DNA of 63,996 nucleotides, the filler included, from Aduncisulcus paluster (Eukaryota), in the NCBI GenBank assembly GCA_024181965.1. It is 7 parts of 7 records of this genome, joined end to end, with 100 filler letters (N's around TTAATTAATTAA, not from the genome) between each part and the next. Parts side by side here need not be neighbours in the genome. Positions count along the whole stretch, not along the records: positions 45,767 to 55,632 come from BQXS01012458.1; positions 55,733 to 58,273 come from BQXS01012462.1; positions 58,374 to 60,060 come from BQXS01012463.1; 4 more parts are not named here. One strand, given 5' to 3'. The position numbers were made by a program, and so were the translations under genes. A model generated the notes under the pieces. The model made no database searches. It saw only the letters and a list, made by a program, of their open reading frames with translations, and was not told the DNA's origin. Positions 46,903 through 58,865 of the stretch are shown here, piece after piece. Positions within the stretch are counted from its first letter, which is position 1; each line of letters opens with the position of its first letter.

Positions 46903-47428
46903 AAGAAGAAGAAAAACAATTCTATTCATTATTATACCAAGATTGGTTGTTAATGAATAAGGGAATGAGGATTCGAGCTGGTGGAAGAGATAGATCAGTG
47001 CGCAGTGTTTGCTCTCATCTGTTGTGTAAGCCCTGTACCCAATGGGGTAGGATAGTGATGCACTGCCTCCGCTATTCGTGACGTAGCCTGCCACACCTGC
47101 CGATGTCACAGGGTTTTGGCAAGCCCTTTTCCACGTGGAGATGTTCGTAATCCTGCGTGGTCAGTGCCCGATATTGACCCATTTATTGGCCTTTGTGGTT
47201 CAATTAATGCCTTTACTGGTGATCATCTTTCCCCCAGGTCAGCTTCTCACAAGGTAGCATTTTCTCAGTTCCTCATTGTAACCACCGGTATCGGGAGTGA
47301 CAATGAGGCAATCGCAACCCTCGCTCTCGACTCTCTTCCTTGGGTACAGAGTCAGCTGCAATATACGCACTCTGGTGCGGCCACTACTTGATTGAACAAG
47401 TAAGCGTGATGATGATTATGTTACCAGG

Positions 47429-47690
47429 GTGTCTAAACTGGTTTATAACACCACTATTATAGACCCCGTAACCCGCACAAGTATTGATTACTTTTTTCGA
47501 CACGGAATGAAGGCCGACAGGATGTTTTTTCTTGATGAAACGGCAATCGATGCAACTGTTGCTGAAAGAAGGAGAGGATGGGGAGAAATAGGTGCATGGG
47601 TTCACGTTAACTCCCCTCTAACAAGGGCTGAGAGACATGGCGTGATGGCTATTCTAGGCTATAGAGGGTTTTTGTACTTCCAGAATATTT
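47429..47690 (+). pseudogene. Second Tc1/IS630 transposase fragment (first catalytic Asp)
   Basis: MFFLDETAIDATVAERRRGWGEIG...RHGVMAILGYRG. Confidence 0.75.
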
Positions 47691-47699
47691 TTTTTGTAT

Positions 47700-48000
47700 T
47701 TTGATGACGTCTTTGCATTTATATGTGACGGAAAACAGATGAATCTAAATCTAAACATGAAAAGCTGTACATCATGGCACCCATGTGTTTGCTGTTGCTC
47801 TGATCTCATTAGTGACCCTACCGCACTAGGATATGATCGAACTCCAACCACCCATACTGTTGACACAGGAAAGAAAGGCCCGCCATTGTTCCCTCATGAG
47901 TCATCACAACTGTCATCATTTCAACTATTCAAACATCAAACGTTTGATATTCTACACAGTTGTTACAAATCCCAAGTTTTACGGTCTTTGAACGCCCTTT
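47700..48000 (+). pseudogene. Chapaev/Transib-like transposase fragment followed by a CMC DxxH fragment
   Basis: FICDGKQMNLNLNMKSCTSWHPCVCC, then QTFDILHSCYK. Confidence 0.55.
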
Positions 48001-49619
48001 TTGATCGAGTGGTTTCAAAAATGGGATATACTGCAATATATTCCATTCTTTACGAGAAGAGGATCCTGGAGCGGGGGGTTTGAGACAAAGAAGTTTTTGG
48101 AGTTTCTGCTTATCTTCATTCTGCCATTGGTACCGTTCGCTTCAACCGATAATTCAATTCCTGGCTCTCATCCGACATCATCTTCCGAAATAATCGTGAT
48201 TCGGCAATCACCAATCTAACTTCTATTTTTAGCCCTGAGAAAGACGATGAAGCCACGGACATTCAAGCCCAGACATCTCCAATCCCGTTATTTCGATCCC
48301 AATACGCCCCACATCATCTTCTACTTCCCAATCTGCCATCAAAACTCTCCTCACTATTCCATCCAATCGACCCCGCTCACAGCTAATCGTCTCCCAGAAA
48401 TCCGAGATGCTCTCCGAAAAGATGGACTGGATCCAGATTTATACTGCCCATCCCGCTATTCTATTGAGAAGAGCAAGGCAGAGAAAGAAGCAGAAGCAGA
48501 AACGCTCCCAGGTGGATCCTTATATACTTTCCAATTAGGATCCACATTCAAAAATCGTTTCTCGGTCTAAAAAATGGGAGAAAAGGATGAATTTGTGGGC
48601 AATTTTTCACGATCGAAGTGAAATGATCGGAGGATTACGATACGAGTCGGCTCTGGGACTTGTTCGGGCCCATGTCATCAATACGATGCCATTCATCCAC
48701 GACAGTTCTATTCCCAATGTTTGAAGGTACGAGAGAAGATATCTGAACTGAGAGAAGAACCGTAGAAGAGTATGATATTCGTGTATTTCCACTATCGAAG
48801 AAAATTTTTAGAGGATCAGAGAGATTGATAGGAAGCAGAAGGAGATTGAGAGAAGAAGAGAAAATGCGATTGAGAGAGAAAACACGATTGTGGAGGTGGT
48901 TTCATATCCGATATCGAGAAGAATCCAGAAGATGCAACTTCCAGCCGAAAAGCTCCAACCTCTCTTCAAGAACCCACAACCACACCGGGGAAGAGAGGAA
49001 AAGAGATACATCGCTCCCTGATTTGTGCTATTATGGTCTCCCTTCTCCAAGCTTTGACCTCAATAGGTGAATTCGATTCTGCGTTATGATGTTCGTTTTT
49101 GATAAGTAGGATGGCCATGATAGACGAGACTCGTGTTAAGGACAAAGATGGTACTGCTGACATGATTCTCGAGAAAGAGGCCCGCCTTAGTATTGTCTGG
49201 GATTCCTCGGAGTATGTATCATCTTAGTGAAAGATGAGAACACAAAGGGCCACCTAAACTTCTTGTGCCTTCATCCAGTTCATTCCAAATATTCAAAGAT
49301 CTTCCAACTGATCATCTACACTCCGAAGAAAAACGACAAGGAGACAGAGTGGTTCAATCGATTGAAAAATGCATGCTTGATCTTTGTTATAGTGTCTGTT
49401 GGAATTTCTAATTATTTCAATATCGCCTATGAACTCTTAAAACCTCACACTGGCTCATTCAAACCATTTAGAAACTCGAAAGGATGTCGGGCACATGACT
49501 TTTCTCATTTCTTAACACATCTCCACCTCATTTTGCTTCATGTTGTTGAATAACGGTGCAGGATCATAGCTTGTTTCACAGAAGCAAAGGAAGATTTGAA
49601 GTAACTTGGGGAAACGGGA

Positions 49620-50080
49620 GCACTGCCGAAATCTGAAAGTTTTAGAGGCTATGGAACTCCTCAAAGGTATCACAATAACCCAATCGATCTTAAGTAGGAT
49701 AGAAGGAATTATTAAGAGAAATGTCCGAAAATGCCTTGGTTACCCATCTGATTGTCCATGGAGCAGAGATTTATCCAAAAAACACTGGAAGTGGGCCCCC
49801 ATTACATTCTTTGCTGATGGTGTATCCAGCTCTCCAACAGTTCGAAATTTATGTGTAAAAGCCACATTGGCCCACTGGAGCCCCGAAAAACGTCGAAAAG
49901 ACAGTTCCATTTTTGAAATTGCAATGATTAATGAAGTGAGTATTGATAAAAAAGACTTTGTTGCTGCTCAGACTATCATCGAAGGTGGAAAGATATTTGA
50001 GAACGGAATAATAGATGGCGAAAATATAATATTGGGAGGCATTCATTCAATTATAGCAGACTCTCCCCAGAGAACATCTG
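49620..50080 (+). pseudogene. CMC-type transposase fragment
   Basis: WAPITFFADGVS..VRNLCVK..KRRKDSSIFEIAMINE..IIADSPQR; paralogous to 53888 and to 50590-50720 (VVADSPQR). Confidence 0.65.
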
Positions 50081-50189
50081 TATTGAGAATATTTTTCTTC
50101 CGATATGTTTTCACTTAAGTTCAATTGGGCTCAAACTCATTATATTACTTGCCAACATGCCGTGCATAAATTCGTAATCTTATCAGACA

Positions 50190-50427
50190 GAAGTGAAGAT
50201 TGGGTTTCGGGAGTTTTGGATAGGTCAGAACGAACTGGAAGGGCCTGAAGGATATCCTGGGCACAACAAAAGATAATCCATTGTATATCATCCTCGACAA
50301 TGCCAAGATCCATCACATGGGTGATGCCATCTTTTTGGCTGAGTCGCTGAACATTGTGTTAATCTTCCTTCCAGCCTATTGTCCGTTTCTAACCCCAATA
50401 GAATACATGTTCAGTTCCATTGAGTGA
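50190..50427 (+). pseudogene. Tc1/IS630 transposase fragment, D34E half
   Basis: Not in the ORF track. LYIILDNAKIHHMGDAIFLAESLNIVLIFLPAYCPFLTPIEYMFS has 34 residues between D and E. Confidence 0.85.
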
Positions 50428-50787
50428 AATGGCTCATCATACGAGAGTTGATTCCATCTATGCACAACAAAGAGTAGGAGCTTTGATGCATTACTGTTTT
50501 CTTATTATAAAAGTGTTCCATATTGTAAGAGATTAGAGAATGATTGATTAGAAATAACCTTATATATCAATCAATTTTAGCTCAAATTACAGTACAAGAT
50601 GATTCTTGTGGGAAAAATTCCCTCTACATCGGAGGATATCTGATCAGTGTTGTTGCTGATTCTCCCCAAAGGGCAAAGAATGGAACGGCAACTAACATCC
50701 CAAGGTGGATCTCATCCATGTCGTCTCTGTTCAGCAAAGTGAAGAGGAAAGAAAAGGAGAGGAAGAAAGAAGAAGAATAATGGAAAA

Positions 50788-51102
50788 GTGAGAGAAAAAA
50801 CTATTATCAATGAGATCAATAAGCTCAAAGATAAAATCCCAATGGTAAAGGATGACTCGCTGGAAGGATATGAACTCCGATGTAAGCAACTCCTTCACCA
50901 TTGGGATTCACTTTCAGAATTACGGGAAGCTTCCGTATTTAGACGCCATAGATTTGGCAACAGGGAGGCTTTAATAACGGCCTCTTCAAGAAGAGAACTT
51001 AAAAGTACAGCCGAAAAGACGTTTTCAAAAAAAAATAGGATCAATTTTGAAGGATCTAGAGGTAAATTTCAATACCACAAAAAGAAGGTGTTGTCGCCTT
51101 GA
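50788..51102 (+). pseudogene. Fanzor1 fragment (region between RuvC-I and RuvC-II)
   Basis: IPMVKDDSLEGYELRCKQLLHHWDSLSELREASVFRRHRFG; paralogous to 53440-53810. Confidence 0.55.
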
Positions 51103-51413
51103 CCACGGAAGATCGGAATGAAAGTTTGTGTTGGAGTGAAGTGAGAGATGTGGCCATTGTTGCAGGGATTGGATCTGAAAGAGGACAGCATGTCCCACTT
51201 AGATGTTAAATCTATTTCAAGCAGCGTTAACGCATAAATTATGTGTGGGAAAAAAAATTCCGAGCGAAATTGTAAGGAAAATAAGAGAACGAGCTCTTAC
51301 AGCGACAAAACATATTTCAATTACGACCCGTTTTTTGAAATTGTTTATAAGTTATGTACAGTATAGTTGTATAGGACAGTCCCAAGGTATTTTTTTAGTT
51401 CATTATCTGGGAT

Positions 51414-52295
51414 TTGGATTGGCAAATTGCGGGATGTATTATGGTCAGAGATGGGCCCTACACAAGTCCCCCTCGGTGTCAAAGGGGGGGGACGTTATTT
51501 ATCTACGTACCAACAAAGAACTATGGGAAGTATATTGCTGTGGAGGCAAAGAGAATGAGGACGATCGTACGGACCCAATATGGGTTACCGTCGAATACAC
51601 AGTTCACAACCCATATCGAGTCCGATGGATATGATTTAAGCGTCTCTGTGACCACCAAAAATGAATGTTTTCCCTTCCCAGTGACTCATATGGATCCGAT
51701 TCAGCCACATCATGTGGATCATGATGATCATCATGATGATGATGAAGAACCCACAAAAACTCTCTTAGTGGGAATCGACCCAGGCCGGAGTGTACTGTTT
51801 GGCATTTCTCTGATGGTATGGGATGTGGTTTCCCTTGAGCTCACTCCTATCACTCGTGCCACAACGGATTATTCAAACTTCCTTATCCCCAGGCCTAGGT
51901 GGCTGATAGCCAATGACAAAACCAACTCCGTTTTTACGGACCCCAAAGGGGTTGAAAAGGCTGTACTAGCCCTAAATTGGGCATGGCGGCTCTCAAGCCT
52001 CTTCGCCACCTATATTGCCAAAAATATGCCGGGGAAAAGGGGTTATTTGATCACCAGTGAAAGGTTTTATCTAACTTGCTCCGATTTCTTATTTCATCCC
52101 CGACCAAAAGGTGAGTTAAAAATCCGCACAAAAATACCACATGATTTTTTTAACTATTGCACCGAAATGCTTGATAAATTCGTGGAACAGCCCATATCTG
52201 CACCCATTCCTCTTTTATACGGCTCGACCAAGGGGTATTCATCCTGCTGTCAGATTTCTATAAATAAATTGTATCACGATACTCCTGAGTGTTAG
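51414..52295 (+). pseudogene. Fanzor1 (TnpB-like) fragment: WED region and RuvC-I, fused in frame to a probable N-terminal fragment
   Basis: LFIYVPTKNYGKYIAVE, FTTHIESDGYDLSVSV (cf. FxxxIxTDGxxVSV) and LLVGIDPGRS with the RuvC-I Asp at 51777-51779. No RuvC-II/III or zinc finger follows. Confidence 0.75.
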
Positions 52296-53439
52296 TGAGA
52301 ATACTTATCAAGCCTGACCTAGCCAATCAACTTGCTACAAGTTTTATAGCCTTCATGGCGAAACAGGGCCTCGAGGATGTAATCAGTATTATTCAGCCAT
52401 AATTCTGGTTATTAATGATCGATATTCTCTTTAAGAGATAACTTTATCGGAAAAATATCGATGAAAGAATTTATAATCACCTTTTTAGTGATTTTGGGAA
52501 GAGGCGCTCCAGCAGGAGTTGCTGTAGCAATCTATTTCAACTTCCAACAGTAGAAAAATTTGTAACTCCCAATATAGAAGCTTTTAGGCTTACATTTTCT
52601 AAATTCTCGCGCTGCTTCGACTCCTGGGCAGCTTCAATGGCCAAGGCATGTGGTTGGTCAGATCTCTATTAATAAATTGTATGAATTATTATGAGCCCCA
52701 AGGGAACCAAAATTTCAAAAAGCGCCAAAGCCGTTTCTCCACCGAAAGATGATCCAGAAAAGGTAATTGTAATCACTAAAAAGGGTAAAAAGTACTGTAA
52801 AAAGCTTCTACTCCTAAAAGTTCCGAGAAAAAGTCCGATTCTGAACCTATCGAAATTGACAAAAATGACATTGCCGATTCTGTGCCGACTGCTCCAAAAG
52901 ACTCCAGGATCTCTGGTTTAATCCACTTTATCATCTCCCTCATGACATAATGCATATCGAAGTGCTCAGACTTGGTGGCTACATGTGTGAATTTTTAAAC
53001 TTTCTCCTCAGCTCAAGCGCCAAGAAACATGTCAGTAAGATATGCGATGTGCATAAGATTCCTTGTGAGTATCGAATGCAAATGAGTGCTTCTGATATTC
53101 TTTCATTTTTAATGCGAAACAGATCTTTTTTTGCCATACATTTCTATTTCAAGACTTTCCGCTCGGTTTCAGAGATTGAAAGAATCGATTGAGAACCACT
53201 CCCACCGTTGTCAAGAAGAGCTAGCAAGGGCAAATTGTGTGAGTGAATTGATTGTTCTCATTTCAGGCATAAGTGAGGTCGAGAAGATTCAGATGCACAC
53301 GGAGGAAATGAATGGACTCGAAAGAAAAAGAACACTACGAAAGAAGAAGGATGAAACAAAAGAGGATGAAAGTGAACAAGGCTGGCTCATCATTGGAAGA
53401 TAGTATAGTCCCATATCAAGTGATCCAGAGGTTTCTTAG

Positions 53440-53810
53440 TTGAAAGACGGCCCAGCTAGCAAAGAAATTACTGAATTCGGTATAATACCAAAAGGGGTTC
53501 GAGTCGGTAAGAACAAGAGAAACAAACGTCATGCAGGAAACAGGAAGAAGGTGCTTACACTTTCACTTAATCGTCTAAATCTCCCACAACTGCGTACTCC
53601 TAATACTGAGGTTTTAAAAGAACGTCTCAGAAAGGAATTCACAGTTTGGGATATTTTTAGACAATTGTTTGAAACCAAATTTTGGTGTCGTCAACGATTC
53701 GGTCGTGAATTGATGTTGGAAAAGAAAATGACGAAATATACAGCAAAATCTTGAGAGAGGGTTATGTATTTGTGGTGGGTGGAGCCAGGAAGTGCATGAA
53801 TGGTTCAAAT
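53440..53810 (+). pseudogene. Second Fanzor1 inter-RuvC fragment
   Basis: LPQLRTPNTEVLKERLRKEFTVWDIFRQLFETKFWCRQRFGRELMLEKK, then after a frameshift GYVFVVGGARK. Confidence 0.55.
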
Positions 53811-53879
53811 ATGTTAGTTCTGAGACAAGTGGATATGAGGAGGATATGAGAGCAATAGGGAATGTAATTAAGAAATGAG

Positions 53880-54600
53880 CACGGATATTGTTTTTACACA
53901 AAGTCCCACCATTTGATTTGTATGATTATTCAAGATTGCCGTGGCTGTGGGCACCTTTAACGTGGTTTGTCGATGGAGTGAGTGTTAGTGGTGTCGTCCG
54001 ATACTTATGTGTGAAATGTCAGCTATTCAATAAGAACTACAATTTTAAGAGAAAAAACTCCTCAGTTCACGAGGTAGCTATGATAGACGAGTTGCTTGTG
54101 ACAAATAAGGATGAGATAGCAGCCGATATTGTTATCGAAGAAACACAAATTCTTCAGAATGGTCTTTTCACGGCAGAATATCGGGTACAGAACATCGTCC
54201 AAGAGAGTCGAGAGATCTTCGTTACACTGTATAAGGAGATGATCACAACGTTGACTAATAGAGAGATTCACAGGCAATGTGTGATGCCACAATCAGAAAA
54301 AATAGTGATTCCAAGCGTCTTTCTTGTGTATTTGCTGATACTCCCCAAAAATGCTCTCTAGCACAGTTAAAGCATTCTTTCCCCCATAATTGTGCTTTTT
54401 GTTCAGGAAAGGTCCTTGCGAGGATAGATGGGTAGATACAAGCGAATGGATAACCGGAGCAGTTTGATCTTCCAAGAATCAACAACAGTACATGCTCATC
54501 GTGGGAAGGATATCATTTTTTCGTTGTTTGACAGTGTGACAAATCTGATGCTTTAGGGATCTTGACCATGACATGTCCTAGTGTTGTCCTTCACTCTTTT
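53880..54600 (+). pseudogene. CMC-type transposase fragment
   Basis: WAPLTWFVDGVS..VRYLCVK..KRKNSSVHEVAMIDE, then after a frameshift ADTPQKCSLAQLKHSFPHNCAFC. Confidence 0.65.
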
Positions 54601-55732
54601 GCTGCTCATTTGTGTGACCATTTTTTACAGCACGGTAGTATTTCAACTGGAGACACCTGCATATTTCGATCCTTCCCACTATCTGGAGATATATTAAAAG
54701 AAATAAGAGAATATTGTCTTTCGGGATTATATACAGTATATTAGGCAAAAGCTGTCATCGAGGAAAACATCTCTTGGCTATCTTGATATATTCTGAAAAG
54801 GGTATTTATGCTGTTTTCGTTGCGACATGGAAGTGTGACACGAAACAAAGAAATATGAAGAAATGTCAATTGTGGGATCAAATGGAAGTGCAAAGACCAT
54901 TTCACAGGTTCTTTCTTTTTACATTAAACTTCTAAATCCCACCACAGGGCAATGCCAAAAGTCCAAATATTGATTGGCATCATAGGGCGTGGTGGGATTT
55001 ATTAAGGTTAAGTTCATGAGAGATTCAGATACGTGATAAATAAATACATTTATCTTCCAATGAAGGTTGGTCGATCGCTTTTGGTCGACATCTCTCAATA
55101 TTAACTCAATATTATTAACTTCAAAAATTGACAACAACTTCTGGCAACAATATGAATCAAGCCAAAAAAGCCATTGAGAAACAATACTAAAAATAGGACA
55201 TACGACAAAACAAGACTCTCCTTCCCTTAGCCTCCCCACCTCAGGCTCCAGAACCCGATATGCTATCTCGCCTTGCCCTCGACCCCTCTTATGCTCGATC
55301 CATCCCTAATAATGATGACGATTCATTCCCAGGATTGCTTCTTGGATGGGTTTTGAATAGGAGTCTTCCGCTTAATATGCACAAGGCTTTCTATCATGTC
55401 TCATTATCCCACCCAAATTTGAACCTCTATTCGCCATATGACGTTATTAGGATGCGACAAAGGCTTAAAAATGTCCAAGAGTTCCGCTTGGGGCTCTTAC
55501 CCGTTCATTACCGGAAGACAAGCATGTGTTTTCAACTCTGGTAGTTTCAACACCCTTCTTGGAACTCCCCAAATGTCCCGATACTATAGTATACTGAGCT
55601 GGAAAGTTATCTAGAAGTTAAAATTCAAGCCCNNNNNNNNNNNNNNNNNNNNNNNNNNNNNNNNNNNNNNNNNNNNTTAATTAATTAANNNNNNNNNNNN
55701 NNNNNNNNNNNNNNNNNNNNNNNNNNNNNNNN

Positions 55733-56026
55733 CTCTGATTAAAAGGTGAAAACCTTTGTAATTATGAAACTGTTCTTTTTCTGCTCTTCACGATAATTAT
55801 TCAACGAACAAATGACAGATAAGTCATGAAATAATATATGTTAAGAAAGGTTTAACTGAAAGAACTCTGATTAAAAGGTGAAAACCTTTGTAATTATGAA
55901 ACTGTTCTTTTTCTGCTCTTCACGATAATTATTCAACGAACAAATGACAGATAAGTCATGAAATAATATATGTTAAGAAAGGTTTAACTGAAAGAACTCT
56001 GATTAAAAGGTGAAAACCTTTGTAAT
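55733..56026. repeat. 132-bp tandem repeat, ~2.2 copies visible
   Basis: CTCTGATTAAAAGGTGAAAACC starts at 55733, 55865 and 55997. Confidence 0.95.
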
Positions 56027-56453
56027 AGTATAGTAGTATAGTACAGTAGTTAGTTTATTAAAAGAAAAGAAAAGAAAACCTCGTAAGGAAATAAAAGAAT
56101 TTCTCTTAATATCTATCCCTGTTGGGAATCAGAAACGTGACACCCTAGGTGCTGGGGGATGAGAGGGAGAGAGACATATCCAATCTTTCTGTTACCAATC
56201 ACCCCATTTCGCTTTCACCCACGAGGGGTACTTGAGGTTCATGGGGGAGGTAACAGGAAGATGGATAGCGGTCAAGGAGGCCGTGAGGCATTGTTAGAGG
56301 AAAGCGAGGGGAGTAGAGAAATAAAATAAATAAAATAAATAGAAGTATAGGAGTTGTCGAGGGTGGATGTTGTTTTGTTTGTTGGTTTTTTTTTTTTTTT
56401 TTGGGAAAGAATATAATAAAAAAATAGTGTTTCTTAACACTCATTATAATTTA

Positions 56454-56560
56454 CATGGTCGCGAATTCTAGTCCGTTTCTAGTCCGAATCGGACTAACTG
56501 CCATTTTTTTTAATAAAATAATTCGGACTAAACACTTAGTCCTGTTTAAGTTAGTCCGAA
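56454..56560 (+). mobile_element. Putative DNA transposon terminus with subterminal repeats
   Basis: CATGGTCGCG is followed by six TAGTCC/GGACTA motifs in both orientations within ~90 bp; the partner end is not seen. Confidence 0.45.
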
Positions 56561-57479
56561 ATATTTTACTGGCTCTTTAATACAATTCTAAACATCAGAT
56601 TGAATTGGGACTGAGATGAAGTTCAATGTTAGTCAATTCTTTATTCTGAGCCTTTTCATTGGATTGCTTAATATATTACCTTTTTTCTTAAATAAATTTA
56701 TAATAATAGATATAAAATACAAGATGCCTGGTGACAGAGTCGCCAGAGGCTAAACAAAAAAGACAGACGAGGGCAACAACACCGTGATTAATCGAATAAA
56801 CCAAGTCTTACGCTCCCCCGGGTTGATCAGACCCAGGGGAACTGCTTTTTCATATTATCATGTGCCCAAAACTAAAGCCCGCAATTGTGAGATTCACACC
56901 GAAAGGTTAATGTGGGAAATATTAGAATGTAAATTAAGATTAAAGGTATAATAAATAGTTTATAATTTATTTTTGTGCATGACTTATTGATAATATGCTC
57001 ATGTTAATAGATCAGAAATAAGATCTGGAAATAAGAAGTCAGACGGATATTATAAAACATATTATTAATAAATATTTCTAATATACTTAAATTTATTATT
57101 TATTCTTCTTCTGCTAATCCTTTTCCCTGACATTGGTGAAATTTGAAAAAGACTGATTTCTCCTTGGTTGTTATAATTAAATTTTTCATTATAATGTTTT
57201 TATTATTTATATTGGATTTTATAAAGGTTTTTATTGTTTTTTTTTTAATAAATGCATTTTAATATCTGACCTTGATGACATTTGAAAAATTCTTATATAT
57301 TGGGTATTGTTATAATAATATTTTTTATTATAATGTTTTTATTGTTTATAAGACAATTTATTACCATTAATACCTGTTTCATTAATTATTATTATTTATT
57401 TAAGAACTTTCTAGAGATTCAAGCTTTGGTGATTACTACCCTTGCTCTTTGGTTCTTTCTTTCGGATCAAATTCCAGCT

Positions 57480-57819
57480 ATAGGACGATAAACAAGTCGC
57501 TTCTCTTATGCACAGGCCTCTTCCAAACCCGCATAGAAGGGTAGACACCCATCTACGTGATCTCTCTGGGTCGGCCAGGTACCATGAAATCGATTCCATT
57601 CCTCCGTACATGCTCAATAAAATCTCAAGCTTTTTCTCCAATGGCTCCAATTGTTGTCAAGGCGAAGGGTATCAAAAGATAAGGTTGGTGCTTTTTAGCA
57701 CATCCTGTATCAACAATATTGGCAAAAGGGTCTTGAACGTAGCTCGTTATCGAACTAGCGTCCTGCTTCTTAGTACCGGAAGCAGATTGAGGGCTTGAGG
57801 GGCGTTGGGGGGGGATCAT
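57480..57819 (-). pseudogene. Degenerate 3' end of an RLE-type (CRE/NeSL-like) non-LTR retrotransposon
   Basis: DASSITS...AKKHQPYLLIPFALTTIGAIGEKA*DFIEH matches the restriction-like endonuclease tail (KxxxY..PFxxxTxGxxGxxA..F) and has an in-frame stop. Confidence 0.5.
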
Positions 57820-58373
57820 ATGTGTAATTCCAATGTGTTCAATTAAAAAAGATTACTGAGAGAGAAGAATCATGACTACTAATATCTCAGTATTCTTCAC
57901 TCATTATTTTTTGCTCTTATTAATATATTTCATTTGTTGTTGGGGGTCCAAACATAACTTCTTTGATACATGTCAACCCATCAATATTTATCGGGAATTC
58001 CAACGGCAAGGCAAGGATTTTGTATTTAGTGTTTTATAGAAAATAATAAAAAAATCATTTTTTTTGAACAGGGCAACCTGGGTGTCTTTGGTATGCTAGA
58101 GGGGTAAGCTCTCATAATATGATATTTTTTTTTATTTAGCTTCTAATATTTTCAGAAATTAAACCGACAAAAAAAAGTAAACATCGTCGTAGAGCGATTC
58201 TAATGCCGTTTTTGAGCACTACTCAGGAGGTCGGTATTTATTAAGGTAATATCAAAACTAAATAAAATATATANNNNNNNNNNNNNNNNNNNNNNNNNNN
58301 NNNNNNNNNNNNNNNNNTTAATTAATTAANNNNNNNNNNNNNNNNNNNNNNNNNNNNNNNNNNNNNNNNNNNN

Positions 58374-58865
58374 GAAGAGGGAAAAGCCTCGGGTGAGATT
58401 GCCAAGCATCTCAAGACTCGTGTGCTGCCCTTACTCGAGGAGTATCGCTCCAAGATCAAATCCCGTGGATCAATTCCTGCCTCTGTCGAACCATTCAGCA
58501 TTCGCTTGGTTCCTGGTGAAAAGTTCGTTCTTTCTTCGGGAAGACGGATCAATCATGCACACAGAGGATTCTTGAAGGATGAAATCAAGCGCTTGAAGGA
58601 AGCAAGGCTCATTGTACCAAGCATGAGTCCCTTTTATTCTCCCGTAGTGATTGTCCCTAAGAAAAACGGAAAGAAACGTCTCTGCATTGATTATCGGGTC
58701 CTAAATTCTATCACTGTCCCATTCCAATTCCCCCTGCCGAGAATAGACGAAATCCTTGACTCTCTAGAAGGAAGAACTGTTTTTGGTACCCTTGATTTCT
58801 CAAATGGATTTCACCTCATCCCGATCGACCCTGACTGCCAACTCTTCACAGCCTTCAGAACCCCG
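58374..58865 (+). mobile_element. Ty3/Gypsy reverse transcriptase, N-terminal part, interrupted by a nested element
   Basis: SPFYSPVVIVPKKNGKKRLCIDYRVLN, FPLPRIDEIL, LDFSNGFHLI, TAFRTP; homology ends at 58865, before the YxDD motif. Confidence 0.92.

Larger units (their letters stand above)
45767..55632 (+). mobile_element. Mosaic of short Fanzor1, Tc1/IS630 and CMC-type transposase fragments
   Basis: At least 12 motif-bearing fragments, all on the + strand, with no intact gene and essentially no AT-rich intergenic DNA. Confidence 0.75.

Noticed and set aside
46940..47391. Possible viral capsid-like or minus-strand gene fragment inside the mosaic
   Set aside because: No motif could be assigned on either strand, so it was left out of the orientation count. 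It is a possible exception to the strand bias.
45767..55632. CRISPR-like repeats separating the TE fragments, or an intact Fanzor/omegaRNA locus
   Set aside because: No recurring junction repeat was found (TTAG occurrences are too short and are biased by stop codons). No RuvC-II/III, zinc finger or element end was identified.
55733..56026. CRISPR array
   Set aside because: Units are identical head-to-tail with no spacers; this is a plain tandem repeat.
56812..56845. GC-rich hairpin TCCCCCGGGT..ACCCAGGGGA as a Helitron end or ribozyme
   Set aside because: No CTRR terminus after it and no hammerhead or HDV core could be built.
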